64,000 bases of DNA from a virus. The notes under the pieces are model-generated. The model searched no databases. It worked only from the letters and a program-made list of their open reading frames with translations, and was not told the DNA's origin. Numbering within the stretch: position 1 is the first letter of the stretch; each line of letters opens with the position of its first letter. Location: the IMG/VR virus record IMGVR_UViG_3300025626_000004. One strand, written 5' to 3'. This document shows positions 30,264 to 39,923 of the stretch, piece by piece. A program made the translations under genes and the position numbers.

Positions 30264-31445
30264 TTCTTCTAATGCATCAACACATTCTTCTATCATAGCA
30301 TTTGTATGAAGTGGTGTTGGTGCAAATCTCAATCGCTCTTCTCCGACAGCAACCGTTGGATAGTTAATAGCCTGAACGTAAATGCCATGCTCATTTAGTA
30401 ATCTATCTGATATAGCCTTTGCTAGTTCAGCATCACGTATCATAACAGGTACAATATGGGTGCAAGACTTTTCTAATACCTCTATTCCTCTTGCTATAAA
30501 TTCTTGCTTCAATGATTGTGCATTGGCTTGATGTTGGGCTCTGAGGTCAGGATGATCTTTAAGATATTTAATACTAGCCAATGCACCAGCACATATAACT
30601 GGTGAAATACTTGTAGTAAAAATAAAACCACTTGCTTCTAACCTTATAGCATCGATAACAGTTCTATTACCAGCAATATAACCACCGGTTACACCATAAG
30701 CTTTACCTAAAGTGCCATTTACAATATCAACTCGGTCTTCTAAACCAAGCTCATCAAGCTTGCCTGCTGCACTATCACCGTATAAACCAACACCGTGTAC
30801 TTCATCGATATATGTTATGGCTTCATACTTTTCAGCTAAATCACATATAGCATCAATATCTGAAATATCTCCGTCCATACTATAAATTGATTCAAAGACA
30901 ATACATGGAGTAAAGCCGGCTAGTGTAGCTTGTTCTAATTTAATATCAAGATCCATTAAATTATTATGCTCAAACTTAAAGATCTCACATCTACTATGTC
31001 TCATACCTTGAATGAGACTTGCATGGTTTTTGCTATCACTTACCCAACATATATTCTTATTGATGCGAGACAACGCTATAAGTGACCATTCATTTGCAAC
31101 AAACGCACTTGAGAACAGTAATGCAGATTCTTTTTTATGTAGTTTAGCTATTTCATGTTCTAAGGCTACATGATAGTGCGAAGTACCAGATATATTTCTA
31201 GTGCCTCCTGAGCCCGCGCCTGTTTGATCTAGGGCTGTATGCATAGCATCAATTACAACTTTGTGTTGACCCATACCTAAATAGTCATTGCTACACCAAT
31301 TAACTATCTCTTTAATAGCGTATTTACCATACCAAATTGCTTTAGGAAACTTACCTCGTTCACGAATAATATCGTTGAACACTCGGTATTTTCCTTCTTC
31401 TTTAGCTTTGCTTATCGTGGTAGAGAATGGAGTAATATCAATCAT
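30240..31445 (-). CDS. hemA: 5-aminolevulinate synthase (C4/Shemin pathway)
   Basis: [56 protein letters not shown] (PLP Lys), INYPTV..G.ERLRF.PTP.H. Confidence 0.95.
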   Translation of the reverse strand: MIDITPFSTTISKAKEEGKYRVFNDIIRERGKFPKAIWYGKYAIKEIVNWCSNDYLGMGQHKVVIDAMHTALDQTGAGSGGTRNISGTSHYHVALEHEIAKLHKKESALLFSSAFVANEWSLIALSRINKNICWVSDSKNHASLIQGMRHSRCEIFKFEHNNLMDLDIKLEQATLAGFTPCIVFESIYSMDGDISDIDAICDLAEKYEAITYIDEVHGVGLYGDSAAGKLDELGLEDRVDIVNGTLGKAYGVTGGYIAGNRTVIDAIRLEASGFIFTTSISPVICAGALASIKYLKDHPDLRAQHQANAQSLKQEFIARGIEVLEKSCTHIVPVMIRDAELAKAISDRLLNEHGIYVQAINYPTVAVGEERLRFAPTPLHTNAMIEECVDALEESINYFRK

Positions 31446-32320
31446 CTATTTAAATACGCTAATACCGCAGTTTCTGCAGATCCGGCGTCTCCTGGATTTT
31501 CTGGAATATATGCATTATATTCTTCGTGTAATATTTTTTGTAAACCCTTATTAAATGCACATCCACCTGTAACAATTAATCGTGGTCTGTCGTATTTGCT
31601 TATTGCGTATTCTATTAAATTACGACACAAATTTTCAAATACAACTTGGGTTGAACCGGCAATTTCTTTTTTGTCATAAGATGGTTTCCAATTACCTATG
31701 CCTCTATGCATATTAATTTTAAATAATGGCTCTGAGCATTCTTTGAACACTAAATCCTTATATATGCTATCTATCACTAAATCGGTGGCATATCCCTTGC
31801 CGAACTTTTCTAATTTACTTTCATCGACTGACGGTTTAAATCCACATCTTTGAGTCATAGAAGAATAAAATAGACCTAGGCTATTAGGATATTTAACTGA
31901 TTTTCTTTGTGTAAGCTTACCATTCTCAGTTGTCCATATAGACGTACAACTAAATTCACCGACTGCATCTATGACAACTATTACGCTAGGAGTTTTATCA
32001 GTCTTATAGTAATGAGCTGCGTGAGATTCGTGATGCCATACAGTTCTATATTTACAGGTTATTCCTAGCCCCCGCAAATACTTGCGGATATTATTACGCT
32101 TAAATGGTTTAGGCTGACCAACTAACCATTGGCGTATTGCCTTAGCCCAAGGTTTTTCGTACCATACAACTAAGTCTGGTTTGCCATACTTAAAAGCTTT
32201 ATCTATTAAACTTTGGCTATGTATGTTTTCAGTTGAATAGTATGTCTTAACACATGTGCTATCTTTAAAAATTGAAATTGTGGCATCATGGCAACCTCCT
32301 ACCATACCCCATATTATCAT
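31442..32320 (-). CDS. Carbamoyltransferase, N-terminal (Kae1-like) domain only
   Basis: [52 protein letters not shown]; lacks the C-terminal YrdC-like domain. Confidence 0.8.
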   Translation of the reverse strand: MIIWGMVGGCHDATISIFKDSTCVKTYYSTENIHSQSLIDKAFKYGKPDLVVWYEKPWAKAIRQWLVGQPKPFKRNNIRKYLRGLGITCKYRTVWHHESHAAHYYKTDKTPSVIVVIDAVGEFSCTSIWTTENGKLTQRKSVKYPNSLGLFYSSMTQRCGFKPSVDESKLEKFGKGYATDLVIDSIYKDLVFKECSEPLFKINMHRGIGNWKPSYDKKEIAGSTQVVFENLCRNLIEYAISKYDRPRLIVTGGCAFNKGLQKILHEEYNAYIPENPGDAGSAETAVLAYLNR

Positions 32321-32676
32321 TTTTGGCTGTCGCCTTTAGCAACTCTATAGTTATCTTCAACTGAGTCTGGCGAGGACACTTCAATTATAGTACCTTCTTC
32401 GATACAAAATAACTGATGCGGAACAAGTGGCTCAATTCTAAGTGAATCTCCGGCTTTTAATCTTTGTTTTTTAACAGATGCATCAATAGTGTTTATAGTT
32501 AAAACGTCAAATATGCCTTCAAACACTAACCAAGTCTCATCCTTTATTGCATGAAAATGCATAGAGAATTTAGCACCCTTATTAAAATTTAAAAGCTTAC
32601 CACAATACTTATCGTTAGTAGCAAAAATAAGTTCGTGGCCCCATCCTTTTTCTACCATTCCTTCAAGCCGTGCCAT
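32317..32676 (-). CDS. Cupin protein (mannose-6-phosphate isomerase-like)
   Basis: VEKGWGHE, YCGKLL, FSMHFH..KDETW, PHQL, IEVS.PDSVEDNYRV.KGDSQ. Confidence 0.8.
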   Translation of the reverse strand: MARLEGMVEKGWGHELIFATNDKYCGKLLNFNKGAKFSMHFHAIKDETWLVFEGIFDVLTINTIDASVKKQRLKAGDSLRIEPLVPHQLFCIEEGTIIEVSSPDSVEDNYRVAKGDSQK

Positions 32677-33064
32677 CACAAATCCTTTTAATAATATTAG
32701 TAGTAGAATAACCATCACGTAATTTCAGTGAGACAGTTAGTTTTGCTATGTCTCTTCCTACAATTTGGTCAATTTGGTAATCACCACCCTTAGTAAGTAC
32801 GTCTGGTTTTAATTGTTTAATTAGTTCATACGGCGTGTCTTCGTAGAATATGTATACATGATCTACAAACCGCAATGATTGTAACATATATCTTCTATCT
32901 TCTTCATTATTAATTGGCCTTGAATTACCTTTAAGTCTTCGCACAGATTCATCGGAATTTATGCCAACTATTAGTCTATCACCTAGATTTCTTGATCTTT
33001 CTAGATAATCTAGGTGGCCTCGATGCAAAATATCAAAGCATCCGTTTGTAAATACTGTTTTCAT
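32663..33064 (-). CDS. hldC: Heptose-1-phosphate adenylyltransferase (HldE/RfaE domain II)
   Basis: FTNGCFDILHRGH, VGINSDESVRRLKG..RPIN, EDTPYELI, KGGDY, GYSTT. Confidence 0.9.
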   Translation of the reverse strand: MKTVFTNGCFDILHRGHLDYLERSRNLGDRLIVGINSDESVRRLKGNSRPINNEEDRRYMLQSLRFVDHVYIFYEDTPYELIKQLKPDVLTKGGDYQIDQIVGRDIAKLTVSLKLRDGYSTTNIIKRICDGTA

Positions 33065-33069
33065 AGTTG

Positions 33070-33099
33070 ATTATACCACATTTTAGCATTGTTGTAAAC
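33070..33099 (-). promoter_or_regulatory. Early-type promoter GTTTAC-N18-TATAAT for the hldC-cupin-carbamoyltransferase-hemA operon
   Basis: Reverse complement reads GTTTACaacaatgctaaaatgtggTATAATcaactATG. Confidence 0.7.
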
Positions 33100-33100
33100 G

Positions 33101-33108
33101 TATAAATA
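33101..33108 (+). promoter_or_regulatory. T4-type late promoter upstream of g13
   Basis: TATAAATA. Confidence 0.8.
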
Positions 33109-33140
33109 GATGTAACACTGAAGAATTGAGGATATAAAAC

Positions 33141-33893
33141 ATGGCTTCTCCTAATAGTAGAGACACATTGATCGAATACTGTAAGCGAAAGCTAGGTGAT
33201 CCGGTTATAGAAATTAACGTAGACGAAGATCAACTGGAAGACAGAGTTGATGAGGCTATCCAGCTTTATCAAGAATATCATTCAGATGCTACAGTTAAAA
33301 CATATTTTAAACACTTAGTTACTGCTGACGATGTGACTAATGAATATATTCCCATTAGTTCTAATATTATATATATCGCTAGACTTTTTCCTATTCACAC
33401 GTCATCAGCATCAAGAAACTTCTTTGACGTCAAATATCAATTAATGCTTAATGACATGTGGGATCTTAATTCGGTTGTTGGTGGAATTGCATATTACGAG
33501 CAAACTCAACAATATCTATCAATGCTCGATATGAAGCTTAACGGAACGCCTCAAGTCACGTTTGCTCGGAGACAAAACAGGTTGTATGTTCACGGTGATT
33601 TCCAAGATAAAGATATTAAAGCCGGAGATTATATCGTAGCTGAGGTTTATCAGACCATAGATCCTCAAACACATACTTCAATATACAATGATATGTTTAT
33701 TAAAGATTATACGACTGCGCTAATTAAACAACAATGGGGAGCAAACCTTATTAAGTTTGAAGGTATGCAACTCCCAGGCGGAGTATCACTTAACGGCCGT
33801 CAAATATACGAAGATGCTACAGGTGATATTGAACAGCTTAAAGAGCGTTTAAGATTAGAGCAAGAACTTCCACCATCATTTTATGTAGGTTAA
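33141..33893 (+). CDS. g13: Neck protein gp13
   Basis: YC.RKLG.PVIEINVD.DQ, KQQWGANLIKFEGMQLPGGV.LNG; synteny. Confidence 0.92.
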   Translation: MASPNSRDTLIEYCKRKLGDPVIEINVDEDQLEDRVDEAIQLYQEYHSDATVKTYFKHLVTADDVTNEYIPISSNIIYIARLFPIHTSSASRNFFDVKYQLMLNDMWDLNSVVGGIAYYEQTQQYLSMLDMKLNGTPQVTFARRQNRLYVHGDFQDKDIKAGDYIVAEVYQTIDPQTHTSIYNDMFIKDYTTALIKQQWGANLIKFEGMQLPGGVSLNGRQIYEDATGDIEQLKERLRLEQELPPSFYVG

Positions 33894-33896
33894 ACC

Positions 33897-34775
33897 ATGG
33901 CCAGAAATTTATATTTCTCTGACGCGGTTAAATCCGAGCAGAGACTATACGAAGATATTATTATTGAATCTCTGAAAATGTATGGGCAAGACCTATACTA
34001 TTTGCCTCGGACTATTGTTAACGAGAATAAAATTTTTGGTGAAGATGTTCCTTCAAAATTCAATAATAGTTATAAAATAGAAATGTACATCGACAACAGC
34101 GATGGGTTCGAAGGAGAAGGCGATCTATTCAGTAAGTTTGGTGTCGAGATTAGAGACGAAGCTACATTTACTGTTGCAAAGAAACGATGGAACCACACTG
34201 TCGGACGCAATAATAATGAGATAACAGGTGAGCGTCCACGTGAGGGTGATTTGATTTATCTCCCTATGACCAATTCAATGTTTGAAATCACACATGTTGA
34301 ACATGAATCACCATTTTATCAATTAGCAAATTTACCTACTTTTAAAATGAGATGTTCACTGTTTGAATATAGTGATGAAGATCTTGATACTGGTTTGAAT
34401 ACAATAGATGGTATTGAGCAAAATCACGCATATGAATTTGATCTTACTCTATCAGGAGTCACCGGTGATTTTGAGGTTGGTGAGAGAGTACGACAGACGA
34501 CTGCTAGCGGAGTTATATTATCAGGTGAAGTATCAAGTTGGGTATCAAGCACCAATGCTCTATCAATTATTCACTTTGGTGGAAACGATGGTAAGTTCCA
34601 TTTGCCGGTTACAACTCTTACGGTCACCGGAGATGACACTAATGCAGTTGGAACCCTTACATCCTTTGTTGAAGACAATAAGCTATCTGAAAATGAACAA
34701 AATACGACGTTTGATACTGTCGGAGCTGGATTCTTAGACTTCAGTGAAAGCAATCCGTTTGGAGATCCTAGCTAA
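33897..34775 (+). CDS. g14: Neck protein gp14
   Basis: ESLKMYGQD.YYLPR, FSKFG.EIRDE, RPREGDLIYLP, DFSESNPFG. Confidence 0.92.
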   Translation: MARNLYFSDAVKSEQRLYEDIIIESLKMYGQDLYYLPRTIVNENKIFGEDVPSKFNNSYKIEMYIDNSDGFEGEGDLFSKFGVEIRDEATFTVAKKRWNHTVGRNNNEITGERPREGDLIYLPMTNSMFEITHVEHESPFYQLANLPTFKMRCSLFEYSDEDLDTGLNTIDGIEQNHAYEFDLTLSGVTGDFEVGERVRQTTASGVILSGEVSSWVSSTNALSIIHFGGNDGKFHLPVTTLTVTGDDTNAVGTLTSFVEDNKLSENEQNTTFDTVGAGFLDFSESNPFGDPS

Positions 34776-35560
34776 TGTTTGGTACATATTTTTATCATCA
34801 GCGTACGCGCAAAGCAGTTGCAACATTTGGAGCAATGTTTAACAATCTATACGTTCTAAGAAAAGATGCTGGTGGTGGAGTAATTAGTACTCAAAAGGTT
34901 CCATTATCATATGGACCTAGAGCAAAATTTCTTGAGCGTATTAGGGAAAATGCTGATCTTGAAACCGATACTAAGGTTGCTATTAAGTTACCAAGAATGT
35001 CTTTCGAAATTACTAACGTATCTTATGACCCTTCAAGGCAATTGCCTAAAGTAAATAACTATGCAAAAGCTGTAGCAGGCGGGTCAGTTCTTTCTAGACA
35101 AAAAATTTATGCTGGCAGTCCATATATTATGAGCTTCCAACTTAGCATATATGCAAAAAATCAGGATGACGCACTACAACTAGTTGAGCAAATTATTCCG
35201 TATTTTAACCCACAATATACATTATCAGTTAAACCGTTTGACGATTTTTCTGATGTTAAAGAAGACGTACCAGTCGTTTTAACTGGCGTAGTCCTAAATG
35301 ACGACTATGAAGGACCCATGGAAGGTCGAAGATCAATTATCTACACTTTAGATTTTGATATGCATATAACATTCCATGGACCGACATCAACAAGTGGAAT
35401 TATTACTAAGTCTATTACTAATATTTTCAACCAAACCGCAGGCTTACTTGATAGCGATTTACCACTTGAATCAATTACTGTAACCCCAACTCCTACTGGC
35501 GTCGGGCCAGATAGCGACTTTGGATTCCTTGAAGTGATAGCAGAGATAGATAGTGCATAA
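34775..35560 (+). CDS. g15: Tail sheath stabiliser/completion protein gp15
   Basis: MFGTYFYH, KVPLSYGP..KFL, LPRMSFEI, QIIPYFNP. Confidence 0.92.
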   Translation: MFGTYFYHQRTRKAVATFGAMFNNLYVLRKDAGGGVISTQKVPLSYGPRAKFLERIRENADLETDTKVAIKLPRMSFEITNVSYDPSRQLPKVNNYAKAVAGGSVLSRQKIYAGSPYIMSFQLSIYAKNQDDALQLVEQIIPYFNPQYTLSVKPFDDFSDVKEDVPVVLTGVVLNDDYEGPMEGRRSIIYTLDFDMHITFHGPTSTSGIITKSITNIFNQTAGLLDSDLPLESITVTPTPTGVGPDSDFGFLEVIAEIDSA

Positions 35561-35913
35561 TGGATAAAAATCAAGCCGATGACGATTTCGAAATGGTTCG
35601 TCAAACATATCATGATCTATTGTCAAAAGGTGGATCTTCATTAGAAGATATGATGGAGGTTGCGAGAGCGACAGAACATCCTAGAGCCTTTGAAGTATTA
35701 TCTGGTATGATGAAAAATATGGCAGACATTAGTGGTAATCTTATGGATATGCATAAGAAGAAAAAAGAATTTCATACTAATGATAAAGCACCTGTAGCAA
35801 TTGAGGGTGGAACTACTAACAACGTGTTTGTCGGATCAACGACTGAACTGCAACGTATGTTACAAGATGTAAATGATGAGAAAATTATAGATGTATCTCC
35901 AACCAAAGAATGA
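35560..35913 (+). CDS. g16: Terminase small subunit gp16
   Basis: EHPRAFEVL, TTNNVFVGSTTELQ.ML. Confidence 0.9.
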   Translation: MDKNQADDDFEMVRQTYHDLLSKGGSSLEDMMEVARATEHPRAFEVLSGMMKNMADISGNLMDMHKKKKEFHTNDKAPVAIEGGTTNNVFVGSTTELQRMLQDVNDEKIIDVSPTKE

Positions 35914-37501
35914 AACATATCTTGGCAATGTAAATGTTAAACGAGACGGAGTCGTTCAACAATGGACTAACGAGCAAGTAGCAGAATATGCTAAATGCAT
36001 GAAGAATCCAGCTTATTTTACAACCACATATTGTAAGGTTATATCACTAGACGATGGCTTAGTGCCTTTTAACTTGTATCCTTATCAAGAAAAAATGTTT
36101 AAGCACTTTAACGAGAATAGATTTAATATCGTTCTTGCATGCAGACAATCTGGAAAGTCAATCAGTTCGGTTGCGTATTTACTTTGGTATGCATTATTCC
36201 ATTCTGAAAAGGTTATTGCTGTTATGGCAAATAAGGGTGCGACCGCACGTGAGATGTTAGGTCGTATTACTCTTATGCTAGAAAATCTACCTTTCTTCTT
36301 ACAACCGGGTTGTAAGGCTTTGAATAAAGGTTCAATCGAATTTTCAAATAATTCTCGGATAATTGCTGCAGCGACATCCGGTTCGTCAATTCGTGGTATG
36401 TCAGTCTCACTGCTATATCTTGACGAGTTTGCATTTGTGGAAAATGATGCTCAGTTTTATACATCAACCTATCCTGTTGTGTCTGCTGGTAAAAATACTA
36501 AAGTTATTATTACATCAACCGCTAATGGTATTGGTAATGTGTTTCATAAGATATGGGAATCAGCACTACAAGGCGTAAGCGAATTTAAACCTATGAGGGT
36601 TGATTGGTGGGACGTTCCTGGTCGAGATAAGGCTTGGCAAGAACAAACGATTAGTAATACATCCCAACTTCAATTTGATCAAGAGTTTGGTAATACATTT
36701 TTTGGCACCGGTGATACACTTATTAACGGCGAAACATTACTTAAGCTTAGAGCCGAAAACTATAAGCTGCACCGTGAAGGTGGAGATCTTTTAATATACG
36801 AAGAGCCTATTAAAGGTAACGAATATATTATGTTATGTGACGTCAGTAAAGGAAGAGGACAGGACTATTCTACGTTCAATGTGATCGACATTAGCTTACG
36901 CCCATTTAAACAGGTGGCTGTATATCGCAACAATACTATCTCTCCATTACTCTTCCCCGATATTATTTATAAATGGGCAGTTTCCTACAATCAGGCATAT
37001 GTAGTTATTGAATCAAATGATCAAGGTACCGTTGTATGTAATGGATTGTACCAAGATCTAGAATATGAAAATATGCATGTAGAATCAGCGGTCAGGTCTG
37101 ATGGGCTAGGTGTTGAAATGAATCGTAAAACTAAAAGGCTTGGTTGTTCGGCGTTCAAAGATATACTTGAGAGCAATAAATTACATATTGTAGACCAGAA
37201 TACTATTATGGAAATATCTACATTCACTGCTAAGGGGCAATCCTACGAGGCTTCTTCGGGTAACCATGATGACTTGGTTATGAATCTTGTTATGTTTGGT
37301 TACTTTATTTCTACTCAGTATTTTCAAGATATGACTGATATTAATATCAAAGAAATGATGTTTAAAAGAAAAATGCAAGAAATTGAAAACGATTTACCGG
37401 GGTTTGGTTATATCGATGATGGATTAGATAATAATATATTAAGGGCCGAGGATGAAGATTCCCCTTGGGCAATCGAATACGAAGCAACTACACACTTCTA
37501 A
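35891..37501 (+). CDS. g17: Terminase large subunit gp17
   Basis: CRQSGKS Walker A, LDEFAF Walker B, DVSKGRGQDYS, HDDLVM. Confidence 0.96.
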   Translation: MYLQPKNETYLGNVNVKRDGVVQQWTNEQVAEYAKCMKNPAYFTTTYCKVISLDDGLVPFNLYPYQEKMFKHFNENRFNIVLACRQSGKSISSVAYLLWYALFHSEKVIAVMANKGATAREMLGRITLMLENLPFFLQPGCKALNKGSIEFSNNSRIIAAATSGSSIRGMSVSLLYLDEFAFVENDAQFYTSTYPVVSAGKNTKVIITSTANGIGNVFHKIWESALQGVSEFKPMRVDWWDVPGRDKAWQEQTISNTSQLQFDQEFGNTFFGTGDTLINGETLLKLRAENYKLHREGGDLLIYEEPIKGNEYIMLCDVSKGRGQDYSTFNVIDISLRPFKQVAVYRNNTISPLLFPDIIYKWAVSYNQAYVVIESNDQGTVVCNGLYQDLEYENMHVESAVRSDGLGVEMNRKTKRLGCSAFKDILESNKLHIVDQNTIMEISTFTAKGQSYEASSGNHDDLVMNLVMFGYFISTQYFQDMTDINIKEMMFKRKMQEIENDLPGFGYIDDGLDNNILRAEDEDSPWAIEYEATTHF

Positions 37502-37506
37502 TTTAT

Positions 37507-37514
37507 TATAAATA
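37507..37514 (+). promoter_or_regulatory. T4-type late promoter upstream of g18
   Basis: TATAAATA. Confidence 0.8.
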
Positions 37515-37578
37515 GTTGTAAGTGAAAAATCTTCTTATTATGGATCGCATATAATTAAATTTTCGAGAGGAACGAAAA

Positions 37579-39318
37579 ATGGCATTTTCAGAATCTCCGG
37601 CAATTACCGTTAGAGAAGTCGACGCGTCTGGCACAGTGCCTGCAGTATCTTCTTCCACTGGTGGATTTGTTGGTAATTTTAGATGGGGCCCAGTAAACAC
37701 TCCAACACTCATTTCAAATGAGTCTGGTCTGGTTACTACCTTTGGTGCACCATCACAGATAAACTCGGTTGATTTCCATTCAGCCGCATACTTTTTAAAG
37801 TATACAAACGCATTACAAGTTGTACGGGTCCTAGGTGACTCTGACGGATTTAATGCATATAGCGTAGAAGCTGGTGAAGCAGTAACTGGTAAAAATGTTC
37901 GTATCACGAACCCAGATCAGTTCGACACTGCAAAAACTGGCCTCGACAGCGACAAGCATACATTTATTGCACGTTGGCCTGGATCTTTGGGCAATAGCCT
38001 TCAAGTATCCGTGTGTCCAAATGCTACAGCACCTACAGTATTTACTGGTTGGACACATCAAGCAAGCTTTGACGCTGCTCCTGGTACATCTAACTTTGCT
38101 GAAGGCTTGAATGCAACTAACGATGAGATGCACGTAGCAGTTATTGACCAAGATGGTCTATTTACTGGCACTCGTGGAACTGTTCTTGAAACATTTCCAT
38201 TCTTATCAGTTGCTAAGAACGCAAAAACATCTGACGGTTCAACGAACTTCGTTAAAGACGTAATCAACAGAAGTTCTAGATATATCTGGTGTGCTGGTTT
38301 TGATTCCGACTATACTGTTGCTTTGGCTGGCCAAGATGCTGTTGATTCTCGTGATTTCCAAAAATCTTCTGCTGCACAGATTATCAAAGATTATTCTTTG
38401 ACCCAAGGTGACGAATCAGAGAACATGGACGTCGGTGATTATATCACTGGTTACGACAATTTTGAAGACAAAGACAATATCCAAGTTGATATGTTGATTG
38501 CTCCTCAAATGGCTTCGCGTACAGACACCACAACAATAGTTAACGACCTAGTAAGTATTGCACAAGGCACTCGTAAAGACTGTGTTGTTGTTACATCACC
38601 TGCTCGTTCAGACATTATTGGTTCTGCTACTCCGGTTACTAATACGACTGCAACTGCCGCAACATTCACATCATCTTCATATCTTATAGTTGATAACAAC
38701 TATCTTAAAGTGTATGACAAATACAATGATGAGTTCATCCATATTCCGGCTGCGTCTTCGACTGCTGGTATTATGGCAGCGACTGATGTAAGCGCAGCTG
38801 CATGGTATTCACCAGCTGGTCCACGTCGTGGTCAGTATCTTGGTGTAACAGGTATTGCATACTCTCCTAATAAAGCAGAGCGTGACGTACTATACAGAAA
38901 CAGTGTTAATCCAATTGCTAATATTCCTGGTCAAGGTCTATTACTCTTTGGTGACAAAACTAAATTGGCCCGTCCATCAGCATTTGATCGTATTAACGTA
39001 CGTCGTTTGTTCCTGGTTATTGAGCGAGCGATTGCTTTGGCTGCGCGTAACGTTATGTTCGAATTCAATGATGAATTTACAAGAGCAGAATTTACAGGTA
39101 CAGTCGAACCATTCCTACGCGACATTAAAGGCCGTCGTGGTATTACTGACTTCCGTGTTATTTGTGACGAAACAAACAATACTGGTGCAGTTATAGATAG
39201 AAATGAATTCGTCGCTACTGTCTTAGTCAAACCTGCTCGTTCCATCAACTTTGTTACACTTAACTTTGTTGCTGTACGTACTGGCGTAGACTTCTCAGAA
39301 GTCGCTGGCGCGGTATAA
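37579..39318 (+). CDS. g18: Tail sheath protein gp18
   Basis: SP...VREVD, F.WGP, WYSPAG..RG, FDRINVRRLF, KPARSINFVTLNFVA. Confidence 0.96.
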   Translation: MAFSESPAITVREVDASGTVPAVSSSTGGFVGNFRWGPVNTPTLISNESGLVTTFGAPSQINSVDFHSAAYFLKYTNALQVVRVLGDSDGFNAYSVEAGEAVTGKNVRITNPDQFDTAKTGLDSDKHTFIARWPGSLGNSLQVSVCPNATAPTVFTGWTHQASFDAAPGTSNFAEGLNATNDEMHVAVIDQDGLFTGTRGTVLETFPFLSVAKNAKTSDGSTNFVKDVINRSSRYIWCAGFDSDYTVALAGQDAVDSRDFQKSSAAQIIKDYSLTQGDESENMDVGDYITGYDNFEDKDNIQVDMLIAPQMASRTDTTTIVNDLVSIAQGTRKDCVVVTSPARSDIIGSATPVTNTTATAATFTSSSYLIVDNNYLKVYDKYNDEFIHIPAASSTAGIMAATDVSAAAWYSPAGPRRGQYLGVTGIAYSPNKAERDVLYRNSVNPIANIPGQGLLLFGDKTKLARPSAFDRINVRRLFLVIERAIALAARNVMFEFNDEFTRAEFTGTVEPFLRDIKGRRGITDFRVICDETNNTGAVIDRNEFVATVLVKPARSINFVTLNFVAVRTGVDFSEVAGAV

Positions 39319-39331
39319 GGGGAGATAGAAA

Positions 39332-39859
39332 ATGGCTATTTTAGGCGTAGACGATTTTAAAGCAAAACTAGCAGGTGGTGGCGCTCGCCCCAATCTGTTT
39401 AAAGTTACACTTGGTTTTCCAGGTTATGCTGGCGGTGATGTTGAATTAACATCATTCATGTGTAGAACAGGACAGCTTCCGGGTTCAACGGTTCCGGCCG
39501 TACCGGTGGCTTTTAGAGGACGTCAATTGCAAATTGCAGGCGATCGTACCTTTGAACCATGGTCAGTAACAATTATCAATGACACGAACTTCACGGTTCG
39601 TGACTCAATGGAACGTTGGATGAACGGTATTAACGCACACGGCGCTAATACTGGTCTAGTTAACCCAACTGATTATCAAGCAGATCTTAAAGTTGATCAA
39701 CTTGATAAAGACGAAAGTATATTGAAAACATACAACTTCGTTGCTGCTTTCCCAACATTGATCTCACCGATTGAATTGGCATATGATGCCAATGATGCGA
39801 TCGAAGAGTTTAGTGTAGAGTTTGCATATCAGTACTGGACATCTAACACCACTTCTTAA
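39332..39859 (+). CDS. g19: Tail tube protein gp19
   Basis: GGGARPNLF, FRGR...AGDRTFEPW, IEEF.VEF.YQYW. Confidence 0.95.
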   Translation: MAILGVDDFKAKLAGGGARPNLFKVTLGFPGYAGGDVELTSFMCRTGQLPGSTVPAVPVAFRGRQLQIAGDRTFEPWSVTIINDTNFTVRDSMERWMNGINAHGANTGLVNPTDYQADLKVDQLDKDESILKTYNFVAAFPTLISPIELAYDANDAIEEFSVEFAYQYWTSNTTS

Positions 39860-39865
39860 TGGTGA

Positions 39866-39873
39866 TATAAATA
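39866..39873 (+). promoter_or_regulatory. T4-type late promoter upstream of g20
   Basis: TATAAATA, followed by a hairpin at about 39876-39907. Confidence 0.7.
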
Positions 39874-39923
39874 TTAGGTTGGCAGTCTTTAAGGTTGCCA
39901 ACCTTTTAAAATAGGATGGAATT

